A stretch of 64,000 nt of DNA from NCBI GenBank assembly GCA_963575745.1, contig CAUYUJ010000318.1:1-64000 (forward strand). Reading direction: 5' to 3'. Source of the DNA: Prorocentrum cordatum. Lineage: Eukaryota. Within the stretch, counting starts at the first letter, position 1, and every line of letters begins with the position of its first letter. Below, piece after piece: positions 1 to 11,780 of the stretch. The notes beneath the pieces were generated by a model, which did not search any database, had not been told where the DNA came from, and saw only the letters and a program-made list of their open reading frames with translations. The position numbers and the translations under genes were made by a program.

Positions 1-378
1 AAGCAGGCTGAGGCCTGAGGCAGGCTGAGGCTGAGGCTGAGGCTGAGGCAGGCTGATGCGGAGGCAGGCTGAGGCTGAGGCTGATGCAGGCTGAGGCTGA
101 GGCAGGCTGAGGCTGAGGCCGAGGCTGAAGGCAGACTGAGGCTGAGGCTGAAGCAGGCTGAGGCTGAGGCTGAGGCAGGCTGAGGCTGAGGCTGAGGCAG
201 GCTGATGCTGAGGCAGGCTCAGGCTGAGGCTGAGGCTGATGCAGGCTGAGGCTGAGGCAGGCTGAGGCTGAGGCCGAGGCTGAAGGCAGACTGAGGCTGA
301 GGCTGAAGCAGGCTGAGGCTGAGGCCGAGGCCGCTGAGGGCAGGCCTGGGCTGCGCTGATGCGGCTGAGGCTGAGGCT
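1..378. repeat. (GAGGCT)n hexamer satellite with GCAG/GAT variants and a ~155-bp higher-order unit
   Basis: Direct reading. The block ...GAGGCCGAGGCTGAAGGCAGACTGAGGCTGAGGCTGAAGCAGGCTG occurs twice (about 115-160 and 270-315). Confidence 0.95.
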
Positions 379-924
379 GTGACTGCGACTGCAGTTGCCA
401 CTGCGACTGCCATCGCGAATGCGACTACGACTGCGAGAACAGCAGAATTCTACAACAGGATTCTCATCTGAATCTTAAGGGGAATGCTTCCAGATATGCT
501 CCTACACATCGCTGTTAGGTTGCTTTGCCGGGATAATTTGTCATAGGTTTTTGTCGGTTTTTAGGGCCCCGGGAGGAGGGGGCCATTTTGGTCCGTTCAT
601 GTGGCGCGACTGCAGGGGGGGGGTAGGGGGGAGACATAATAATGTAACACAATACAGCATATGGGAAATATGCACACATTGGACACACTGGATCCACTGC
701 ATTACAGCATCCGCGGAAAACGCTGCCGCTCAGCACGTCACTTCTGGACGTGGATTCTTTGGCTTACGCCGCACCGCCGACCCCTTGTGGGAGAGTCGCT
801 GTTGCGGCTTCTGGGTGCTGCGCGACTGATGCTTGTGTTTAGATCTAGTGGCCTTCGGCCCATCCCGCCAGCGTGCCTGGGTTGTGAGGCCTCTTGGATG
901 TTTGATGGTATCTCGTGATAAGCC

Positions 925-1553
925 TCTCGGGGGCCTGCCCGAGGCAGCTTGGGTGCCTCTGGGGGGCTGTTTTGGGGCCTCTTTTGGGTCTCTTGGGGGT
1001 CTCTTGGGGGCCTCTTGGCGCCCCTTGGGGGCGCCTTGGTTCCTCCCGGGGGCGCTCGAATTTTCGGTTCGTGGTCCCCGTCTTGTGCCCGTCTCGGGGC
1101 CCTCTTGGTGCCCTCTTGGGCTGTCTTGAGGCCCTCTTGGCGCGTATTGGGGCCCTCTTAGGCCGTCTTGGGGCCGTTGGGGCGGTCTTCAAGGCCTCTT
1201 GTGCCGTGTTCGAGCGTCGGAAGCCCGAAAAGGCGAGAACGCCAAACACTTTCTTAAACATGGAAGTCAACGATTTTGGCTTCTTGGGGCCCGCGTGGGA
1301 GGCCTCTTGGAAGCCGCTTGGGGCGTCTTGGAGGCATCTTGGGCCGTCTGAAAGCCATATTGGGCGTCTTGGGATGATGTTTCGGCGACTCTGGGCCCTC
1401 TTGGACCGTCTCGGAGGTCTCTTGGGGCCCGCGTTGCCTGTTTTCAGGCCCTCGACGCCGCCCAGGCAGAACCTCTGGAGAAAAGTACCCCTCCAGGGAT
1501 TTGGGGAGGGGGACGCATCTCACACGCCGATGAACCCCAAGGGGTCGGCGGAT
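925..1553 (+). repeat. 10-11-bp periodic GGGGCC(G/T)TCTT array element, ending in a hairpin tail
   Basis: Recurrent TCTTGG every 10-11 nt, internal AAAAGGCGAGAA motif, terminal CGCCGA-TGAA-CCCC-AA-GGGG-TCGGCG-GAT. Confidence 0.85.
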
Positions 1554-1779
1554 TCCATTGCTGAGCCAAGGTGTCTCCAGGATTCGATGACCCCCTCCGC
1601 CGACTGCACATAAGAGTGACCCTTCGCCGGAGTGACCTTTGCTGCGCGCGCCCTTTGGGCCCCCCCAATCACCGAGTGCGCTGCGAGAGTCGTGCCTCTT
1701 GCGCTCGTTCGGCCCCCCCGCGGCCCTCGAGGGGCCGCGCACTCAAGATCACTCTCACCCGGGGTCCATCTTGCGTGCA

Positions 1780-1945
1780 TCAGGAGGGGAAAAAACACAC
1801 AGACACAATTAATGGTCGATCCCCCAGAAAATATAGGAAAATATCGGAAGTGGGGGGGAAGACAGAAGCCCAGAAAATATGGGAACATAATTATGGGGAA
1901 TCCTTTTATGTGTGTGTATTTATTTGTGTGCCCAGGGCCCCTTCA
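1780..1945 (+). mobile_element. ~165-bp interspersed element (TCAGG...GGGCCCCTTCA), copy 1, flanked by 66-bp direct repeats
   Basis: Near-identical to 23245-23396 and 48962-49124. Flanks 1714-1779 and 1954-2019 match at 61/66. Confidence 0.85.
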
Positions 1946-2237
1946 ATTTTGGTCCCCCCGCGGCCCTCGAGAGGCCGCGCACGCAAGATCGCTCTCGCCC
2001 GGGGTCCACCTTGCGTGCAGCCCCGCTCTTGTTCTCCCGGAAGACAAACGCCCGAAACACAACAGAGCATGGGGAGTATGTTTCTGTGCTTGTGCGTATT
2101 TCTTTGTGTGCCTTGGGGCCCCTTCAGTGTAGCCCCCGCCCTTGCTCCCTCGGTGCGCCCCCGCTGGCCCCCCCTTCCTCCCCCCTTGTCCGCGCGCGTG
2201 CCTCGGGCCACGGCGCGCTCCCCCTCTGCTGTTCCCG

Positions 2238-2463
2238 CCCCCCCTCTCCTGGTGTTCTTCGGCGATCTCGCTGGCCGTCCTCGGGTCGACCTCGCTCTGG
2301 CGCAGGGGGAGAGCGCGAAGACAGCACGACCACGGCGAACGCCGTGTAGGTCCCCCCCTCTCCTGGTGTTCTTCGGCGATCTCGCTGGCCGTCCTCGGGT
2401 CGATCTCGCTCTGGCGCAGGGAGGAGAGCGAAGACAGCGCGACCACGAGGAACGCCGTGTAGG
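2238..2463. repeat. two-copy ~113-bp tandem duplication
   Basis: CCCCCCTCTCCTGGTGTTCTTCGGCGATCTCGCTGGCCGTCCTCGGGTCGA...AACGCCGTGTAGGTC occurs twice. Confidence 0.9.
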
Positions 2464-2929
2464 TCGAGCCCTGTCTCGCACGCCCGGCCAATGCACCTCC
2501 AGGCGTCCAGAGTGGTGTTCGATGCGACGGGGCCGCGGGGCGGCTTCAGATGTCTCTCGGCACGAGCCTTCGCAGCACGGACCTCGCGCCGTGTTTTTTT
2601 TGGCGTGCGGGTCCTGCAGCATGACGCTTGCCTCCAGGGGCAGGGCTCGACCTGACCGATGGTTTGGGCAGTTCGTGGGCCGTGCTCGTGCTCTTTTCGT
2701 TCTGCAGCACGGGCGTAACGAAGGCACAGCGACGGAGCAGCTAACACTCGACTGAAACGGACAACATTGGTTAGGGCGAGCCCCGTCCAGGGAGGCGCCG
2801 CTGGTCTTGCGTGCCCAGTTCCACGATCAGCTGGACCGCGTGCTCCGCGTCACCGATGATACTCTCGGGTCCGACGAAGACGCTGCGCGCATTCTGGTCC
2901 GACGCATGTGCTCGGACCAGGGGGACCAA

Positions 2930-5465
2930 GGGTCGTATCGAAGACGCTTGCGGCGAATCACCGCCGCCCCCTGTCTTTGGAAACGCCCACGCGGCCAAGT
3001 TGTGCCGAAGCGTGGCCAAGTTATTGGACTATGTGTTCCCCCCAGCTGTTGCGGAACCCCTTTGGGGAACGCTTGTGAGAGGAAGGGAACGGAGGAGGAG
3101 GAGGAGGACGAGGAGGAGAGGGAACAGAAGGAGGACGAGGACGAGAACGACGAGGAGGGGGAGGAGGAGGAGGAAGAAGAAGTCAGAAGAAAAAGGGGAG
3201 CGGCCTCTTGAGACCCTCTTGGGGCCTCCTCGTGGCTTCATTGAAGCCTCCTCCGGGGGGCTTTGAGGGGCCTCTGGGAGGCCTCCTGGGGCCAGCTGGG
3301 GGCGTCTTGGGGGCCTCTAGGGGACTGCTTGGCCTGCTCTGGGCAGTCGTCGGTTCCTCATCGCGCGCTTCAGCGCCGTCTCGGAGGTCTATGGGACCGT
3401 CTTGAGGCCGTCTTGTGGGCGTATCGGGCTCCTGGGAGGCCTTCTGGGCTGTCTTTCGGGCCTTTGGGGGGCCTCCTAAGTCGCCTTGAGGCGATCTTGG
3501 TCTATGTGGCCGTCGCTGAGCGTCGGAATCCCTGAAAAGGCGAGAACTCTTACACCATTGAAACACAGGCAACATTGATTTTGGCCTCCTGGAGATCCTC
3601 TTGGAGCTCTCTTGGGGCGTCTTTGGAGCCTCTTCGTCCGTCAGGAGGGCGTCTTGGGCTGTCTTGGGTGCGTCTTTGGTGCATCTCGGCCCGTCTTGGA
3701 GGCCGTCTTGGAGGCGAGGTTTCCAGTTTTTCTTGGCCTTCGGGGTCCTTCCGGGTGGTCGGCAGGCTGGGCCGAGCACCGAATGGGAACCTTGAACCAA
3801 CCAAGTCACGCATGCGGCTGGCACGCCGTACATCCCTGTGGCAACTCACAGTCGGCAGATCGAAGTCGCCTACGGCGAATCACCGCCGCCCCCTGCCTGT
3901 TGTAAACGCCCACGCGGCCAAACGTTGGGCCGAAGACTGGCCAAGCTGTTGGACGACATGTTCGCCCAGTCCTTGCGGACCCCTTAAGAAAACACTTGTG
4001 AGAGGAAGAGGAAGGAGCAGGAGAGGGAGGAAAATGAGGACGAGGAGGAGGGGGAGGAATGTGAGGAGGCATCTTGGGATGCTTTTTCGTGCTATATGGG
4101 GCCGTCTTAGGGCCGTCTCGGCGGCTTCTCTGGGCGCCCTTCGGCCCTCTTGGGCCGTCTTGTGGGCCTCTCGGGGGTCTCTTGGGCCGTCTTCGAGCGA
4201 TCTTTGGGGCCTGTGCCATGCCGTCTCGGAGCGTCGGAGACCCGACAACGCAAGGGCGCCAAAACCATAGAGAAACCACACGATACTCGATGATGTTGGC
4301 CTCCTGGAGGTCCTCTTGGAGCGCTCTTTGGGTGTTTGGGGGGCCTCCTGGGCCGTCTTGAGAGCCTCTCTGGCCGTCTGGATGGCATCTTGGACTGCCT
4401 TGGGTGAGTCGTGAGACCGTCTTGGGCTCTCTTGGGTCCACCTTCGCCGTCTTGGATGCATCTTGGAAGCCATCTTGGACCTTTCTTGGCCGTCTCGGAG
4501 GCGAGTTTTCTGTTGTTTCGTGCCTTCCTCGTCCTTCCTGGTCATGCTGGGTGGCCAGTGCAATCGGTCGAGGCCCCACTGGGGAATTTAAACGGGCCCA
4601 CGCTACCTCGAATTCAGGCGGCAAGCCGCATGTGACGGCGGATCGAAATCGCCTACGGCGAATCACCTCCGCCCTTTGCCTTGTTGAACAGCGTATGTGG
4701 CAGAGCGTTGCGGCCAGAGCTCGGCCAAACTATCGGACTCCGTGTTCCCCCAGCCGTGGTGGAAACCAATCGGGGAGCACATTGGGAAGAACAACGGAGA
4801 GGAGGCGAGGGAGGTAGCATGAGGAGGAGGAGGAGGAGGAGGGCTCGTGGGAGCCTGGGGACACTACACTCTTGTGGCTTCATGGGGTCTTCCTGGGTGG
4901 TCTCTGGGGGGCTGCCTTGGGCCTCTTGGGGCCTTTGGAGGCTCCTTCGGATGTCCTTTGGCAGTCTAGGGCGTTCCTGGCCCGTCTGACGCTGTCAGAA
5001 GCCGTCTTGGGGGCATCTCTGGGCCGACTTGTGGCCCTCTTGGGGCGATTCAGGGCCGTTTTGGAGAGCATCTTGGGTGCCTCGGAGGTCTCCTGAGCCG
5101 TGTTGGCGCCCTCTTGGGGGCCGCCTTTGGGACCTCTTGGGCAGTCAGGGAGCCATCTCGGAGGCTTCTGGGGCGCTCGTGGGGCCATCTACGTTGCCCC
5201 TGGGGCCGTCTTGGACCGTCTGACATCTAAACATGGGCAAACTCAAACAGTATGTTAATGAAGTTAGCTTCGTTGGGCCTTCCTGCAGGTCCTCTCGGAG
5301 GCCTCTTGGGCCGTCTTGGAGGCCCTCTTCGGCCGTCTTGGGCGGCCTTGATGCCATCTTGGGGGCATCTCGGCCTATCTTGGGGACATCGTGGGGACAT
5401 CTTGGGGCCATCGTAGCAGTCCTGGAGACCATCTTGTCCGTCTTGGTAGCCATCGTGGGGCCGTC
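2930..5465 (+). repeat. three tandem composite units: conserved head (CGGCGAATCACCGCCGCCCCC...), (GAG)n, then 10-11-bp periodic array
   Basis: The head recurs at about 2930-3090, 3860-4010 and 4640-4800, each time followed by a GAG tract and a TCTTGG array. Confidence 0.8.
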
Positions 5466-5749
5466 TGGCGCGCGGCGATTGACGCGACAGTACTATGATC
5501 AGCCTGCGACTTCTACTCAGAAGTGGTACAAAAGGGGTCAGCGTGGAGAAGTTGCGCGCGCAGCTCAGAACAAAAACCAGAGCGCGAAGCGCCGATGGCT
5601 TAGGGCGGATGCAGTTTTGCCTTGCTCTCTGGCACCGCGTCGCCTGATCCTGCGGTACGGCGACGGAGAGGGAGGGGGCGACGAGAAGCAACCCTACGAT
5701 GACGAACGCGCAGGTGGGAGGCCAGCGCAGGCGGGACAAGGCAGTTTGT

Positions 5750-6235
5750 CAGGCAGAACGCGCCCGACCACCCAATGCCAGAGCAACTCTGAGCCCAAAA
5801 ATGCGAGGATGGCTCAGCCGAAACTACTCCGCAAGCGCTACGTATCTCCCAGCCCAGAGTTGCGATGATGTCTCATGCGAATCGGGCCTCACCACCACAG
5901 GTCAGGGCATCTGTGAGCTCAGATCTGCGAGGTATCTAAGCCCAAGCGGTCTGGACACTTTCGCGATCGGCATCTTGCAGCCCAAAGTGTCATGGATCTC
6001 TCTTGTGAAATTGGCCGGGCCTCCTCGCGCGCAGCATCGCCGCGCCTGGAGTTGCGAGGCTGTATCAAGCGAAACGGACCAGACCACAGCGCGCAGCATC
6101 TCGGAGCCCCGAGTTGCGAGGATCTCTCAGGCGAAACGGGCCCGACAATTTCAGATCCCGCCGAATCGAATCACATAAGAATGATAATTTCTCAGGCGAA
6201 GTGGGCCCCACCACCTGATAATGCTGAGGATGTCC
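5750..6235. repeat. degenerate ~65-bp minisatellite
   Basis: GTTGCGAGGATCTCTCAGGCGAAACGGGCCCGAC-like units recur about 6 times. Confidence 0.6.
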
Positions 6236-6702
6236 CTGCTCAGGGGCCCTCGGGCGGAACTAGTCCGCATCAAAACAGGACCGCAGTCAGCACAGCTGTT
6301 TTGGAGAAAGGGATGCCTTAATGTCCCAGAGTCTGGTTTCTGTCCGCTCCCCCTCTTCCTCCTCTTCCTCTGTCCGCTCCCCCTCTTCCTCCTCTTCCTC
6401 CTCCTCATCCTCCTCCTCCTCCTCCTCCTCCTCCTGTCCCAAGCCTCGAGGCCGGCCAATCCTTTGTGGACGGGCACTTCTTGTGCGTGTGTGATCTTCC
6501 CCTGCCGGGTGTTCCTAGAAGTACACCTGGCCCAAGGTACCCCCAGGATTTTCGGGGTGGCCCAGACGGCCTCCAGGGCACCCCTCACGAGGCCCAGAGG
6601 GCCTCCGGGGCTCCAAGAGGGAACGGAAAGTTGGGGGCACCGCGGGCCAGGGGCTCTTCGAGCAACACCCGAACACCTGTGGCCAACCGTGGCGCAGCCC
6701 AG

Positions 6703-6774
6703 GGCCCCAGCTGTCGGAGTTGAAGCCGTTCGAGCTGTCCAACCTTTGCTGGGCCTACGCCAAGCTGTCCTTCG
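6703..6774 (+). CDS. OPR/HPR helical-repeat protein, first detected exon (xPQLSELKPFELSNLCWAYAKLSF-G); gene start not found
   Basis: AG|G acceptor at 6701-6702, GC donor at 6775. PxELSNLxWAYA motif. Joins in phase to 10424. The 5' boundary is less certain (alternative AG at 6649-6650). Confidence 0.8.
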
Positions 6775-7369
6775 GCGCGCTCGCGCCCGCGAGCGCCAGG
6801 GAACGAGGAGGCGGGAGAGGACTCAGGACTGCTGGTTGGGGTGGGGGGACGAGGAGAGGCAGGGGGCATGACCTGCGGATGGCGCGGGCGAGAGGGATTG
6901 CAGCGGGACGGAGGGATGATTAGCACTGACAGTTGGTCGTCCTTGCCCCCCCTCCTCACCCCGTGGCCCTTCTTGGTGATCCCTGAATCTGGGCTCCTGG
7001 GGGGTGGTGCCCCGAAAAGGGAAGTGAGCTTGCGGGAGCAGTGGTCCACCGTGTCAGTGGGTCATGTCCCCAAGTCAAGCCCGGCACGTGAGCCCCACGT
7101 CCGAGAAGCATGCCCTGGACCGAGGGGGCAGTGGGGCACCAGCTCCACGCTCGGGCTCCCGACAAATGTTCTGCCTGCTGTGCGGGATGCGGGAGCTCTT
7201 TCTGGCAGACCGGGGAAGACTTTCTCGCTCTATTCATTGGCTGACGCCGCACCGCCGACCCCTTGGGGCGGCAGTAAGAGTGAGAAACAGAGTTTGCGGA
7301 ACGCGCGATGTCTGGGAACTTTGGTGTTTCAGCTTCTTGGGATTCCGTAGGGGGAGGTTGTTGGCGGAT

Positions 7370-8112
7370 CGCGGCTCTTCTCTTGGTTTTCTTCTGGGCT
7401 CTCCTGGCAGCATTCTTGAGGCCTTTTGGGAGCCGTGTCGAGGCCTTTATAGGGGCCTCTATAGGGGCCTCTATAGGGGCCTCGTGGCAGCCTCGTGGCA
7501 GCCTCTTGGGAGCCTCTGGGCGCCTCTTCAGGTTGTTGTGGGGCCGAGTGCTCGAAATGTCCATCCAGGTTGCCCCTCTGGGCCCCCTCTTGGGGCCGTC
7601 CTGGGGCCCTCCTGGGCCGTTGTGGAAGCTTCTGGGGCCGTCTTTTGGGGCCCTCCTGGGCTGTCTTGGAGCCCCATTGGGGGCCTCTAGGGCTATCTTG
7701 GGTCGACCTTGAAGGCTTCTTGGGCCGTTGTGGGCCTCGCGCAAGCCCAAGAGGCCGATGTGCTAAAACATATATTTTATGTTCCCCTTGGGAATGAGAC
7801 GATTTTTGCTTCTGGAGGGCCTCTTGGGACGCCTCTTGGTGGCTTCTTGGGGCGTCTTGGGGGCCTCTGCGGCCTTGTGGAGGCAATCCTGGGCGTCTTG
7901 GAGCGATCTTTCGGAAAATCGTAGCCCTCTTGGACCGTACATGGGGCCTTTTGGGGCCCGCTTGGCCCGTTTTGGGGCCCCCAAGGGTGCGGGCGGCCCT
8001 TTTGCCCCCCCCCCCCGCACCCCCTCCAGACCGGCCAGACCGGGCTCTCAGGGGAGGGGTTTAGGGAGGGGGAAGCATCTCACACGCCGTGACCCCAAAG
8101 GGTCGGCGGAGT
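7370..8112 (+). repeat. 10-11-bp periodic array element with hairpin tail
   Basis: TCTTGG periodicity. Ends GGGGAGGGG...CACACGCCGTGACCCCAAAGGGTCGGCGGA, like 1521-1553. Confidence 0.85.
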
Positions 8113-8419
8113 TTCTTCCTCTTTCTTTGTTTCCGCTTCCCAGTACGTACTTCGCATATGTTCCCAAAACAGTGCTTGCACTCAGGGGTTCGTCACAGTG
8201 GTCTAGGGAACTGGGCCTGGCCGTCGGTCCAGCGGCTATGTTCTCGCCGTTGCCGCCCCGTCGCCGCCTCCGCGCCGCCCGTCTTTTGAGCCGGGCCGTC
8301 GGTCTGGCGGCTATGCTCTCGCCGCCGCCGCCTCGTCACCGCCCTTCGTCTGGGCCCGCTCGTCGGGTCCGCCGCCTTGTGGTTGCCGTCGCCCCCTCGT
8401 CTCTGCCGCCGCCCTGGAT

Positions 8420-8840
8420 TGCGCCGCATAGATTGCACCATATATAATGCACGACCTTCAGTGCACCACGCAGAGTGCACTAAATATATAATTCACCACA
8501 TATATTGCACGACGTAGATTGCATCACATAGACTGCACAACCTGGATTGCACTACATCGCACTATGTAGATGTTGCCGCATATATTGTACCACCTGGACT
8601 GCACGACGTAGATAGCACAGTATAGATCGCACAGTATAGATCGCACTACCCAGGTCGCACCGCATATATTGCGCCGCATAGGTTGTACTACCTCGATTGG
8701 GCGACATACAGTGCATATCATATATTGCGCAACATAGATTGCACAACACCTAATGCACAACTCACATCGCCCACATATACTGCACCACATAATTCGTCTG
8801 CACCGCATCGATTGCAAACAGACATGTAGTGCACAATCTA
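8420..8840. repeat. ~14-bp degenerate tandem repeat (GCACCACATAKATT)
   Basis: Direct reading, about 25-30 units. Confidence 0.85.
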
Positions 8841-10423
8841 GAGTGCTAGAAACACTGCTCGGACGCCCATGGGTAACCTTCCGATATTATATGTATAGAT
8901 GTGTATATAATTACATATTCATACATGCACACTCACCAACACATGTATATGCCTGCCTCTCTCTCTCTCGTCGTCCTTATGATAATCCTCTTCCTTCTCG
9001 TCCACCTCTCCCTTCGCTTCTCTAGCTCCTCAGGCCTCACTGTAAGTCTGATGTATAAGCGGCCAGGGTCGCAGCAAGACGCAAGACCCGCCACGTTGAT
9101 CAGCCAGAGCGGGGCTTGGCGACAGATGCCCGCAAGCGAAGCACATGTTTGGGATCCGTTCATCTTTACACGGACTTCGGATTTCCAGTCCGTTCGGCAT
9201 TTATGCTGTGTTCCGATCCCGTCGTAGAGCGCAGTCTGTGCATTGAATTAGCGGAGGAAGAGGAGGAGGAGAAGCAGCAGGAGAAGCGGGAGAATGGGAG
9301 ACAGATGTGGGTGGGATTGAGGGCGAACTCGTATCCGTCGCCGTCTGGTTTTCGCGTGCCTCCCCTCTCTCCGTCTTCCCCTCCTCCTCCCCCTCCTCCT
9401 CCTCCTCCTCCTTCCTCCTCCTCCCCTGGGCAGTGTCGCGGCCTTGCACGCCTCCCCGCCGGCTTGTGACAGGGGCTGCCGTCACAACAGCATAACAGCA
9501 CGGCCCGTGCAAGCAATCGGTGACCAGGGTCGACAGTTGCCCCTGTGAGGAGGAGGAGGAGGAGGAGGAGGAGGAGGAGGAGGGGGAGGAGGAGGAGGAG
9601 GAGGAGGAGGACGAGCAGCAGGAGGAGGAGGAAGAGGAAGAGCAGGAGGAGGTGGAGGAGGAGGGGGAGGAGGCGGAGGACGAGTCGGTGACCGCCGCAC
9701 AAGTTGGGCTGCGGGCCGGCGCTCCGAGGGAGCCCGAAGCCTGCACCGCGCGGGCCCCGAGGCTCGCGGCCAGGCCGCATGGGATTTCCCTCGGTGCGCA
9801 GATTTCGGCTCTGCGTGGGGTGGCCCTGTGCACTCGCTACGATCCAGATGGGTGTGGAAAGAGTGGGCTCCAAATGCACTGTTTCTCTCAGGGTCAAAGC
9901 TAAAAGTACGGTGGCCGCGACGCACGCGGGCTAACGGGCCAGAATGCTTACGGTTCGGGTGCACGTTGCGGTGATGCTTCCCCTCTTCATGCACTGCTAA
10001 CTACGACTCTGGTTGCTACATGCCTACTTCGCAGACCTGGCGTGCCACCCGCAGGCGCGCCAGTGCTAGGAGATTGGTGTTTTGATTTCAAAAATTTGTT
10101 TTCCAATTCAAAAAACATTCACTAAGATCAGAATGGGTTTAGAAACAATGGGCAGCATTCCTCTTTGTTTGTTGCACCAGGGTCGCTGACAGTGTCGCGG
10201 CAAGGCCGCCTGCCCATCAGCAGCCTCTGTCGTTTTTGGGCAAGATTTGCTTTTGGGAATCGTACCCCTTCTCTTCCGCACCCACGCCGGGCGTCCAAGA
10301 TGCACGAGTCGCACTGGAGCTCCCTGGTGGAGGCGCGTGCCGGCCCAGTGCGTCGCGGGGCGCACGGCCCCCGGTGCACTCCGGGCTCGGGGTCCCTGCC
10401 CTGCCCCCCGCAGCGAGAGACAG

Positions 10424-10506
10424 GCCTGCCCCAGCTGTTCTCCGCCGTCGCCAAGCGCATGATGGACCGCAGGATCAACGAGTTCAGCCTGCAGGGTCTC
10501 TCGATG
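10424..10506 (+). CDS. OPR/HPR protein exon 2 (GLPQLFSAVAKRMMDRRINEFSLQGLSM)
   Basis: CAG|GC acceptor, GT donor at 10507. The phase-1 join TTC G+GC gives F-G. Confidence 0.88.
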
Positions 10507-11094
10507 GTGCCGGGGAGGGCCAGGGCGGGGGCGAGGAGGACGGGACGGGGGCCAGGACAAGGGCGAGAGTTGGGAGTGCGAGCGGAGTCCGCGGGGTCGG
10601 CGCCTCCCTTGCAGGTGCGAGGGTTCAGGGGCAACGACGGGGGGTTTGGGGGGTGCTTGCCCATGGAGGGTTTCTCCGAAGGGCTTGGGCGACCCGTCCT
10701 CCTCCTCCTCCTCCTCCTCCTCCTCCTCCTCCTCGTCCTCGGGTCGCCTACGGCCCCTGGGGACACCGTGCAGTGTTTGCCCAGGGGCGGAAGCGTCAAC
10801 CCCGAATCGCCCCCTGCCTCGTCGCCGATGGGGGCCCTGATGGCCCACCCATCCCAGGATCGTGCGATGTTTCGCTCTCGGGCTCTGATGGCCCACCCAG
10901 CCCAGGAGCGTGCGATGTGTCGCCGATTCCAGCTCGATGCCCCCTCCCCTGCTCCTCCTCTTCCTCCTCCTCCTCCTGCTCCTCCTCCTCCTCGCTCGCT
11001 AAGGGTCCAAGAGGGGATCGAAACCCATAGTTCAAAGATGATATTAAAAACGAAGACAGTACCGAACACATGCACATGCAGGAGAGGGGGGGCG

Positions 11095-11780
11095 CTAGGT
11101 CACAACAGTCCTGGACCTGACCACGGCAGCCTGGGCGAGCACCCCCCCCGCGTCACCCAACGCTGCATCAGTGGGTCTGCCTGGATGGTCAGTGAGTGGG
11201 CGGCCATGGCCAACGATGTGGTGGTCTGCCAGCACATGTGCCAGGCGTGAACACCGACAAGTCAACGTGCTAGAGGCAAGCGTACAAGTGGGCGAGCCAA
11301 AGGCGCACATGTCAAAGCCAAAACATTGAAGCGCATCCGACTGCAGTAGTAGCCGAACAATCGGCAGCGATGACATGCACGCCTGGTCTGCCCTGCGCAC
11401 ATGAGGGAAGGTGAACAGACAGGGAATGCCACAAGCAACGCACTGAATGACAGCATTAAACCACTTCTGGAGAGTCACATTATCCTTATCAGCAGCTTCC
11501 TTGACAAAAGGGGAGCCCCAAGGAAACCGAGGAGGACGATGGCAAGCACCTTTAGAGGTCCTGCAAGAACTCAGCGGGGTATCCAGAAGCAGCGCAGAAA
11601 CCCGAGACTCCTTGATGAGGTTGAGCACGCCTGCCAACCCTTCCTTGCAACACGTGCGAAACCAGTCCTGAGAAGGGGATAAATCATCAACTCCGTGACC
11701 GAGGAGTGGGCGAAGAAAGGCCCTCGCCACAGGACGAGTGAACGCATCTTCGTGACCAACATCGTGCACGCACGTGCAGG
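11095..11780 (-). pseudogene. C5 cytosine DNA-methyltransferase-like C-terminal domain of the LINE (degenerate)
   Basis: LNLIKESRVSALLLDTPLSSCRTS (position of G-P-P-C), then RFPWGSP, GIPCLFTFP (position of E-N/H-P) and FDMCAFG. This matches the motif order I recall for dinoflagellate retrotransposon DNMT domains. The catalytic Cys is absent. Confidence 0.55.

Noticed and set aside
582..591. GCCATTTTGG partial SL match
   Set aside because: Only 10 nt, with no downstream ORF, poly(A) or TSD.
845..5453. Many overlapping G/A/S/W/L/P/R-rich ORFs
   Set aside because: Stop-poor products of the periodic GC-rich arrays, open on both strands, with no domain motifs.
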